Assembly: GCA_016193485.1 (NCBI GenBank)
Contig: JACPRZ010000063.1
Location: forward strand, 128,156-192,155
DNA length: 64,000 nucleotides
DNA from: Bacteroidota bacterium
GTDB lineage: Bacteria; Bacteroidota; Bacteroidia; JACPRZ01
Direction: 5' to 3'
The stretch's first letter is position 1; every line of letters begins with the position of its first letter. Under the pieces are notes generated by a model. The model was not told the DNA's origin. It saw only the letters and a list, made by a program, of their open reading frames with translations, and made no database searches. The position numbers and the translations under genes are program-made. This document shows, in pieces, positions 39,511 through 48,100 of this stretch.

Positions 39511-41502
39511 TTAGTTCAAGGTTTCAACAATCAATGAAATTATGATTGCCAGAACGATAAAAATTATTCCGTATAAAATATAAAATTGCACTTTCCCGTT
39601 TTGAAAAAATCGGAACGCATTGAAAAATCCTTTCAGATATTTTATTGGAAAATCAATAAGAACGGCTTCCATCCTGTCGTAAGGATTTGTCTGCAGGCCC
39701 ACCGGCCCCGGGAACACGCCTTTTATTTTTTCTTCCTTTTTATTCATCATCAATAATGGCCGCACTAATTTTCTGTAGGAGCGGACAAACGAGTTTGCCG
39801 TATATTGAAGCTTGGCTCCCGGGCCGGTATATCCGCAACCCCAGGTAGGCGATACCAATCTGTTTGGGGAAGCGACAAGCCATCTTATGCCGAAGAGAAG
39901 GATTGAAAGGAGAATCAATGCAAAGGCGGACATGCTGATACTCTGAAATAAAGGAAAAAATTCTGCCGGTTGTCCAGTAAGGTTTTTTACAGCGGTAAAA
40001 AGTCCTGCAGGAATTACTGCGATTCCGACAAAAAACTGCGGCAGAAGCCCTATCAGGATAATGAATATTGCAATAAGATATTTCGGAAAAAGTATGGCGT
40101 TTTTCGCTTCATGCACCGGTTCATGATAGAGATGACGTTCCTTCCCTAAAAACATAATACCAAATGCCTTGGTGAAACAAAGCATCGCCAATCCGCCAAT
40201 GAGCGTCAATCCGGAGACAGAACCTATCATCAGGATAGAGAAAAGGATATGCTCTTGGTTGATTCCATTAAATAATCCGGAATAAATGATAAATTCAGAA
40301 ACGAATCCATTAAAGGGAGGCAGTCCGCAGATAGCCAGGGATGCTATGAGAAATAAAATGGCTGTTTGAGGCATCTTTTTAATTAAACCGCCAAGATGTT
40401 CAATCTCCATCGTGTGTGTTTTCTGATAAACAGTTCCCGCACCGAAAAATAAAAGCGACTTAAAAAGGGAATGATTAAGCGAATGAAGCAGCGCCCCGGT
40501 AAAACCGGCAAAAGTTAGGTAGGAATTATTTAGCCCCAGACCAATTAAGCCAAGCCCTATTCCCATTCCGATAATTCCGATATTTTCTATGCTGTGATAT
40601 GCCAGTAATTTCTTAACGTTATGCTGTACAATGGCAAGCATCACACCATATACCCCTGAGAGGAGTGATATCAGAAGAACGATGCAGCCCATTGCCAGGT
40701 AATCCATGTTTATCAGCAGGAGCATTCTGAGAATTCCAAAAATGCCAAGTTTGATGATCACTCCCGACATCACTCCCGAAATATGGGCGGGTGCAGCAGG
40801 GTGTGCATACGTAAGCCAGGTATGAAACGGAACAAATCCCGCTTTAAAAGCAAAGCCGATAAAAAAACAGATAAAAAGCAATGACCCTGCAGATGGTCCA
40901 ACCGATCTGCTATACTCGTTTATGGCATTAAAATCATAGGAACCGGTATGATGACTGATATAGATAAACCCGATGGTAAGAAAGAGCACTCCAATATGGG
41001 ACTGCACCAAAAAATTAATTCCCGCTTTGATGGTTGCCATTTTCCCGTGTTCAAAAATTACCAACAGAAAAGAAGAAATTGTCATTATTTCCCAGAAACA
41101 AAGGAAGGCAAGGAAATTCTGAATAAGGAAAATACCAATCATGGAAAAATGATTGATCATATAACTTGCAAAATGGAGGGAAAGATTACCGGGCTGATTT
41201 TCGTAACTTTTCATATAACTCCTGCCGTATAAAATTCCGGTAAGCGAAGTGAAATTGGTCAGCAGGATAAACCAACCCGCAAGGGCATCGGCTCTTACCG
41301 GTATTGTTCCGAAAACATAACCGCCATCAAAAATTTCCTGAAAGGATTCCCCAAAAAACGTTTTTACGGCAATATAAGAACTCAAACCCGCAGAAAAGAG
41401 TACGGCAAGAAGCGCAATATTACTTTTCCAATCCGCTCTTATTACGATTGTAAGAATAACGAAGAAGGCGATACTAAAAAGTGCAACAACGCTCAAACTC
41501 AT
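39511..41502 (-). CDS. hyfB: HyfB-like antiporter subunit
   Basis: KAGFVPFHTWL..AHPAAP, KKLLAYHSIENIG, NHSLFKSLLF, GLPPFNGFVSE, TWGCGY. Confidence 0.9.
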   Translation of the reverse strand: MSLSVVALFSIAFFVILTIVIRADWKSNIALLAVLFSAGLSSYIAVKTFFGESFQEIFDGGYVFGTIPVRADALAGWFILLTNFTSLTGILYGRSYMKSYENQPGNLSLHFASYMINHFSMIGIFLIQNFLAFLCFWEIMTISSFLLVIFEHGKMATIKAGINFLVQSHIGVLFLTIGFIYISHHTGSYDFNAINEYSRSVGPSAGSLLFICFFIGFAFKAGFVPFHTWLTYAHPAAPAHISGVMSGVIIKLGIFGILRMLLLINMDYLAMGCIVLLISLLSGVYGVMLAIVQHNVKKLLAYHSIENIGIIGMGIGLGLIGLGLNNSYLTFAGFTGALLHSLNHSLFKSLLFFGAGTVYQKTHTMEIEHLGGLIKKMPQTAILFLIASLAICGLPPFNGFVSEFIIYSGLFNGINQEHILFSILMIGSVSGLTLIGGLAMLCFTKAFGIMFLGKERHLYHEPVHEAKNAILFPKYLIAIFIILIGLLPQFFVGIAVIPAGLFTAVKNLTGQPAEFFPLFQSISMSAFALILLSILLFGIRWLVASPNRLVSPTWGCGYTGPGAKLQYTANSFVRSYRKLVRPLLMMNKKEEKIKGVFPGPVGLQTNPYDRMEAVLIDFPIKYLKGFFNAFRFFQNGKVQFYILYGIIFIVLAIIISLIVETLN

Positions 41503-41627
41503 GCTGTCAAATCACCAGGATTTTGCGGCAATAATACATGATTTTAATCAATTTTCTTCTTTGCAAATCCTTTTTACTTTGCATTTACTGAAACAACGGT
41601 AGACAAATATTAAAAAATCCAACATCC

Positions 41628-42458
41628 ATGCACAAGATATTATATGCTGAATTTCTTGCCCAGGATATTAAACGGTTCCGCATCCAAGCCCTCAAAATTG
41701 CACAAAAAAGAAAAGCCGGGCAGTTTGTCATTATCCGCGTAAGGGAAAATGGCGAACGCATTCCCCTGACCATTGCCGGAAGTGACAAAAAAGAGGGATC
41801 GGTTACTATTATTGTACAGGGTATAGGCAAAACAACAAAACAATTAAATAAACTGAAGAGTGGCGATTCCATAATGGATATTGCAGGACCTCTGGGGAAA
41901 CCTTCTGAAATTGAAAAATTCGGAACTACAGTAGTCGTTGGGGGGGGCGTAGGAACTGCGATCGCTTACCCGGTGGCTGTGGCGCTGAAAGAAAAGGGCA
42001 ATCATGTAATATCCATTGTAGGAGCCAAAACAAAAGACCTTGTCATCCTTGAAAAAGAGATGAAAGATACCAGTGATGAATTATTCGTCACAACCGATGA
42101 CGGCAGTTACGGCTTTCACGGATTTGTCACCGATAAATTGCTTCAGATTCTTAACAGCGGCAGCAAAGTTGATTTTGTTCTGGCCATCGGACCCATCCCC
42201 ATGATGAAACGGATTGCCGATGTTACAAAACCGTTTGGAATAAAAACGGTAGTAAGTTTGAATCCTATTATGGTGGATGGCACAGGAATGTGTGGCGGAT
42301 GCCGCGCAACCGTAGATGATAAAACGGTATTTGTCTGTGTTGATGGTCCTGAATTTGACGCGCACAAAGTTGATTTTGATTTGCTGACTAAAAGAAACCG
42401 GGCGTATATGAGAGAAGAAAAAGTGGCGATGGAAAAGTTTATGAAGGAGATGTTGTAA
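41628..42458 (+). CDS. nfnA: NfnA/SudB electron-transfer subunit
   Basis: AGQFVI, ERIPLTI, GGGVGTA, IGPIPMM, MVDGTGMCGGCR, CVDGPEF. Confidence 0.88.
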   Translation: MHKILYAEFLAQDIKRFRIQALKIAQKRKAGQFVIIRVRENGERIPLTIAGSDKKEGSVTIIVQGIGKTTKQLNKLKSGDSIMDIAGPLGKPSEIEKFGTTVVVGGGVGTAIAYPVAVALKEKGNHVISIVGAKTKDLVILEKEMKDTSDELFVTTDDGSYGFHGFVTDKLLQILNSGSKVDFVLAIGPIPMMKRIADVTKPFGIKTVVSLNPIMVDGTGMCGGCRATVDDKTVFVCVDGPEFDAHKVDFDLLTKRNRAYMREEKVAMEKFMKEML

Positions 42459-42462
42459 AAAC

Positions 42463-43079
42463 AACACACCCCCCTAACCCCCCTCTTGATAGAGGGGGGA
42501 ATAGAACAAGTCCCCTCTAAAAAGAGGGGATTTAGGGGTGTGTTATTCCGAATTTATGAGTTTATCAATTATCAGGATGCACCGTTTTACCTATGTCAAC
42601 GCCTAAAAGAATTTATTATAACCCTAAACTAAAAGAATTGGCACGAGAGTTTAGAAATAATCCCACACTTTCTGAAAAATTGTTTTGGCAACGATTAAAA
42701 AACAAACAAATTATGGGTTACGATTTTCACAGACAAAAACCAATAGGAAATTATATTGTGGATTTTTATTGTTTTCAACTCATGCTTGCTATTGAAATAG
42801 ATGGGCTGATTCATCAATCGGAGGATGTAAAATTCCGGGATTATATCCGTCAGGATAAGATTGAGGATTATGGACTGAAATTTTTACGGTTTTCCGATAA
42901 AGAGGTAGAAAACAATATTAACGGGGTAATAATGACAATTGAAGATTTTATTGTTGATTTTGAAATGACACACCCCCCTAACCCCCCTCTTAATAGAGGG
43001 GGAATAGTTGCAATTCCCTGCTGAAAAGCGGGGTAGGGAATTAAGTCCCCTCTAAAAAGAGGGGATTTAGGGATGTGTT
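42463..43079. mobile_element. DUF559 cassette flanked by two direct copies of an about 80-bp double-hairpin element (42463-42544, 42968-43079), between nfnA and nfnB
   Basis: acacacccccctaacccccctctt.atagaggggg...aagtcccctctaaaaagaggggatttaggg.tgtgtt on both sides. Confidence 0.75.
42593..43024 (+). CDS. DUF559/Vsr-like endonuclease
   Basis: YNPKLKELAR, SEKLFW, FHRQKPI..YIVDFYC, IEIDG.IH, LRF. Confidence 0.92.
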   Translation: MSTPKRIYYNPKLKELAREFRNNPTLSEKLFWQRLKNKQIMGYDFHRQKPIGNYIVDFYCFQLMLAIEIDGLIHQSEDVKFRDYIRQDKIEDYGLKFLRFSDKEVENNINGVIMTIEDFIVDFEMTHPPNPPLNRGGIVAIPC

Positions 43080-43096
43080 AAAAAACATCATTATTT

Positions 43097-44551
43097 ATGC
43101 AAAAAATCTCCAACAAAGACCGGATGAAAATCCCCCGCCAGCAGATGCCCGAGCAGGAGCCGCTGGCACGTGTAGCAAATTTTCTTGAAGTAAATCTCGG
43201 GTTTGACGCGGAATTGGCTAAGACCGAAGCGATGAGGTGTTTACAATGCCCGAAACCAAAATGTATTGAAGGATGCCCGGTGCAGATAAAAATACCTGAA
43301 TTTATACTCCTTATTTCGCAGGGTGATTTTCTTGGTGCGGCAAAAAAAATAAAGGAAGACAATATGCTTCCGGCAATTTGCGGAAGGGTTTGTCCGCAGG
43401 AGGAACAGTGCGAAGTGCTGTGCGTGACAGGCAAAAAAAATCCACCGGTTTCAATCGGGCGGCTTGAACGCTTTGTTGCTGACTATGAGAGGGAAGTTGC
43501 AGGACTATCGGTACCTGAACCAAAGCCGCGGACAGGCAGGAAGGTTGCCGTTGTCGGCAGCGGACCGGCCGGATTATCCTGCGCAGGCGACCTGATACAG
43601 ATGGGTCATGCCGTGACGGTATTTGAAGCGCTGCATGAACTGGGGGGGGTATTGGTTTACGGTATCCCGGAGTTCCGCCTTCCCAAAACAATAGTAAAAG
43701 GTGAAATTGAAAACCTTTCAAAACTCGGAGTTGAGTTTGTCACTAACGCGGTAATCGGGATGACCGACACAATTGATGAATTGCTTGAAAATGAGTATGA
43801 TGCCGTATTTATTGCAACCGGTGCGGGTCTCCCCTACTTCATGAATATTCCCGGAGAAAATCTTATTGGAGTTTATTCTTCCAATGAATTTCTCACACGT
43901 GTTAATCTCATGAAAGCGTACCGCTTCCCGGAATTTGACCAGCCGATAATTGATGTGAAGGGTAAAAATGTTATCGTTGTAGGGGGGGGGAATACGGCTA
44001 TGGATGCCGTGCGCACTTCTAAGCGGCTTGGTGCAAAGAATGCTTATATAATGTACAGGCGCTCCGAAACAGAGATGCCTGCCCGCATTGAAGAGGTTCA
44101 CCATGCAAAAGAAGAAGGCATTGAATTCCGCATTCTGACTGCCCCGGTTGAATTTATTGGTGATGAAAACGGCTGGCTTAATGGAGCAAAGTGCATAAAA
44201 ATGGAATTAGGTGAACCGGATTCGAGCGGCAGGCGCAGGCCCGTGCCAATGGCCGGTTCGGAATATATTTTGGATATTGATGTGGCGATTATTGCAGTCG
44301 GTAACGGTTCTAATCCGTTAATCTCACAAACCACTCCGGATATTAATGTTAATAAACGCGGCAACATTATTGCTGACGAAAATACCTGCGCCACTTCCAA
44401 AAAAGGCGTTTATGCGGGCGGGGATATTGTATCGGGAGGGGCAACGGTTATCCTCGCCATGGGAGCCGGAAGAAAAGCGGCAAAGGCGATAGATGAATAT
44501 CTGAAATCGCTGGATGTGCCGGTGAATCAACCTGCCGGCTCAAATGCATGA
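43097..44551 (+). CDS. nfnB: NfnB/SudA (GltD-like flavoprotein)
   Basis: RCLQC...CIEGCPV, CGRVCPQEEQCE, GSGPAG, YGIPEFRLP, GGGNTAMD, GGDIVSG.ATVI; paired with nfnA. Confidence 0.88.
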   Translation: MQKISNKDRMKIPRQQMPEQEPLARVANFLEVNLGFDAELAKTEAMRCLQCPKPKCIEGCPVQIKIPEFILLISQGDFLGAAKKIKEDNMLPAICGRVCPQEEQCEVLCVTGKKNPPVSIGRLERFVADYEREVAGLSVPEPKPRTGRKVAVVGSGPAGLSCAGDLIQMGHAVTVFEALHELGGVLVYGIPEFRLPKTIVKGEIENLSKLGVEFVTNAVIGMTDTIDELLENEYDAVFIATGAGLPYFMNIPGENLIGVYSSNEFLTRVNLMKAYRFPEFDQPIIDVKGKNVIVVGGGNTAMDAVRTSKRLGAKNAYIMYRRSETEMPARIEEVHHAKEEGIEFRILTAPVEFIGDENGWLNGAKCIKMELGEPDSSGRRRPVPMAGSEYILDIDVAIIAVGNGSNPLISQTTPDINVNKRGNIIADENTCATSKKGVYAGGDIVSGGATVILAMGAGRKAAKAIDEYLKSLDVPVNQPAGSNA

Positions 44552-44603
44552 TGTCATTTTATTTCCCTGATTTTTAGGGAATCACGGATTAAGGAAACTT
44601 TCC

Positions 44604-44611
44604 TATCTTTG
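44604..44611 (+). promoter_or_regulatory. -7 promoter box 4 nt before the GTG of the leader ORF
   Basis: TATCTTTG-CTCC-GTG. Confidence 0.6.
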
Positions 44612-44615
44612 CTCC

Positions 44616-45008
44616 GTGAAGAGAATCAGTTCCATACTTTTTTTATTTCTCGCCTTCGGTTACGCATTCACATTAAAAACGCATTACTGTTATTATAACG
44701 AAACCCATGAACGCTACCATGGCGATTGCTTGGCACATATTAAGGAAGCGAAGAAAAAAAATGCGTTGGCAGACGAAAATATTTTCCCTGCCCGTTATTA
44801 CTGCCTTGATATTCTGAAAAACGCGCAGGTTCAGCCATCAGAATTTGTTTCCGTTGAAAACATTTCTTATGTTGCTATTCTATTGCCGCCCGTTACAATA
44901 ATTCCCGAACCTGATTTTTCTTTTGTCAGCCTCCTTATTCCTGAAACCCGGTGCCGTAGCGCTACGCTGTTACTTTTCTATTCCCTTCGCGCTCCTCCTT
45001 TTTGTTAA
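44616..45008 (+). CDS. Exported His/Cys-containing protein ending in RAPP (candidate arrest/leader peptide)
   Basis: Signal-like N-terminus, THYCYY...HERYHGDC, C-terminal LRAPPFC*. Confidence 0.65.
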   Translation: MKRISSILFLFLAFGYAFTLKTHYCYYNETHERYHGDCLAHIKEAKKKNALADENIFPARYYCLDILKNAQVQPSEFVSVENISYVAILLPPVTIIPEPDFSFVSLLIPETRCRSATLLLFYSLRAPPFC

Positions 45009-45014
45009 TCGTTA

Positions 45015-45044
45015 TCCCGAATCCCGACAGTTATCGGGACGGGA
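45015..45044. repeat. 18-bp palindrome (45022-45039) nested in a TCCCG/CGGGA hairpin
   Basis: tcccgaa[tcccgacagttatcggga]cggga. Confidence 0.75.
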
Positions 45045-45113
45045 CTGAACTTCTTTTGCCCCAAGCGAAAGGAGTATTGTCATTTTATTCATAACGAGTA
45101 ACAAAAAATTCCA

Positions 45114-48100
45114 ATGTTAGAATTAGCATTTAAAAATAAATACCTGATTATAGTCGCTGCATTGCTTGTAGCGGTAATCAGCATCGTATCAATTCAAAAA
45201 TTGCCCGTAGATATTCTGCCGAACTACAAAACATCTGCCGTTCAGGTGCTAACGCTTTATCCCGGAATGCCTGCCGAAGTGATGGAAAAAGACATCACAT
45301 CACGAATTGAAAGATGGACAGGACAATCCAACGGAATTGAACATCAGGAAAGCAAAAGTTTAATTGGTGTCAGCATCGTGAAAGATTTTTTCAGAGAAGA
45401 AATTGACCCCAACACCTCACTTTCGCAAGTGACATCTTTGGCAATGTCCGATTTATATTATTTGCCCCCAGGGACAGTTCCGCCAATGGTAATGCCTTTT
45501 GACCCGACAGCCACTACACCGCTTGCGTTACTTGCAGTTAGTAGCGATTCACTCTCGGAAAAAGAATTGTATGACATTGCTTATTTCCAGTTAAGAAATC
45601 TTTTGGGTTCGGTTCAGGGAATAATTGCACCCGCAGTTTACGGAGGAAAGTTGCGGAGAATTTATATGTATGTCTATCCTGACAAATTACAGGCATACAA
45701 TCTTTCGCAAATCGATGTGATGGAAGCGGTGCAAAAAAATAATGTGATGATACCGACAGGCGATGTGAACATCGGAAATATGAATTACAGCGTGAACGCA
45801 AACGGAATGTTGCCTAAAGTGGAGGATTTCAACAACATTGTAATTAAAATGGGAAGAGACGCCCGCCTGCCGGACGGGCAGGGCTCACCGATTTTTCTCA
45901 AAGACATCGGTTATGCGAAAGACGCAAGCGCCATTCAGACAAATATGGTTCACATCAACGGCAAGCGGCAAGTTTATATTCCGATTTACAAACGCACAGG
46001 AGCAAACACAATCGCATCAGTGGAAGCAGTAAAAAATAAATTAGCGGAACTGAAAGAACGCTTGCCAAAAGCAATAAACCTTGATGTGATTTTAGACCAA
46101 TCAACTTATGTAAGAAATTCTATCAACGGACTTTTGAAAGAAGGAACCCTCGGTTTAATTTTAGTTTCACTTGCTTTGTTTTTGTTTCTCGGAAATTTTC
46201 GTTCCACATTCATAGTTGCTTTAAGTATTCCGCTTTCGGTGATGTTCGCTTTCATAGGATTATTTTTTACAGGCGATACAATCAACAGTATGACATTGGG
46301 AGGAATTGCATTAGCCATCGGTTTGCTCGTGGATGATTCAATAGTTGTTCTTGAAAATATTGACAAGCATTTGAAACAGGGAAAAACTTCTGCACAGGCA
46401 GCATTTGACGGAGCAAAAGAAGTAGCAATGCCAGTTCTCGTTACAACAATTACAATTTGCATTGTATTTTTTCCGATTATTTTTCTCACGGGAATTTCAA
46501 AATATCTTTTCACACCATTAGCGATTGTAGTTTCATTTGCAATGATTGGCTCACGGATTTTTTCTATGACGCTTGTGCCGATTGCAGCAGCAGCATTTTT
46601 CAAAGGACATTCAAACGAGAATAAACCCGAAAGCCTGCCTGCCGGCAGGCAGGGATTTTTAGGAATGTTTGACAGAGGAGTAACGAATCTCACTAATCGT
46701 TATGCGCTAATGATGGATAAAGTAATAAAGTTTCGTTGGGTAATTTTAATTTCAGTTGCTCTTTTGTTTATCATTTCAATTTTCGGTTTCAGAAAAATCG
46801 GAACAGAACTTTTCCCGAAAATGGATGTCGGGCAAATTTCCATTGATGTAAGAATGGAAAGCGGAACACGGATTGAAAAATCTGAAAAGACAATTACCGA
46901 AATTGAAAAGTTTTTGCAAAAAGAAATCGGAAATGATTTAAACATTATTATTTCCAATATGGGAGTGCTGAACGACTGGCCTGCCGCCTACACTTCCAAT
47001 TCAGGAACGCAGGACGCAACGATTGCAGTTCAGTTGAAAGAAGGGTATAAAATAAAAACTGCCGACTATGTAAAAAAACTTCGTCCGAAACTGAAAGAAC
47101 AATTCCCCGGAGTGCAATTCATTTTTAATACGGGCGGAATTGTAACCACCGCTTTGAATTTCGGTTTACCATCCCCTATTGACATTCAGATTACAGGAAA
47201 TGATTTGCATAAGTCGCACGAAATAGCCGTAAAGGTTCGGGACATTGTGCAGAATATAAAAGGCACGGAAGATGTTCGCATACATCAGCGTTACGACCAT
47301 CCCGAAATAAAAGTTGACATTGACAGAACGAAAGCGGCACAGTTGGGAATAAATGCGGATGATGTTGTGAAGAATACTGTTTCCGCTCTCAATTCGTCAG
47401 TGAATTTCAAACCTTCATTTTGGATTGATGAAAAAAACGGAAATCACTATTTCGTTGGCGTAACTTATCCCGAAATAGAATTGGACAACCCGCAATCGGT
47501 AGAAAATATTTCTCTCACAGGGACAAACGGCAAAACAACTTTTCTGAAAAACATTGCCAAAACTTCTCTCTCATCCGCACCGATAGAAATAAATCATTTA
47601 AACATTCAGCGGGTAACAGATGTATTTGCCAATGTGGAAGAAAGGGACATCGGTTCAGTAGCAAAAGAAATTGAAAATAAATTAGAAACATTAAAAAAAG
47701 ATTTGCCCGAAGGTTACAAAATAGAAATGCGGGGAGAAATTAAAAGTATGAAAGACAGTTTCGGAAATCTCGGCTTAGGATTAATCCTTGCCGTGCTGAT
47801 GGTATATCTTGTCATTGTTCCGCTTCTTCGCTCATTCAAATTACCGCTCATAATTATTACAGTCATTCCGCTTGGCTTAATCGGAGTTACAGGAATGTTG
47901 CTTGCCACCAATACTTATCTCAACATTCAATCCATGATGGGAATAATAATGATGGTGGGAATCACGGTTGCTTACAGCAATTTGCTGGTAGACAAAATGA
48001 ATAATCTTTTGAAAGCAGGAAAAAATTTAGAGGACGCAATCAAGGAAGGAGTAGCAAATCGTTTCCGTCCTATTATTATGACTGCTATCGTAGCGGTGCT

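Noticed and set aside
33795-41502. Group 4 [NiFe] hydrogenase or formate hydrogenlyase
   Set aside because: Large subunit lacks both CxxC nickel motifs; no maturation or formate dehydrogenase genes here.
43529-43540. Half palindrome cggacaggcagg in nfnB
   Set aside because: Encodes the ordinary RTGRKVAVVG segment and has no partner arm.
43097-44551. Glutamate synthase small subunit
   Set aside because: No gltB nearby, and pairing with an NfnA/SudB gene favours NfnB/SudA.
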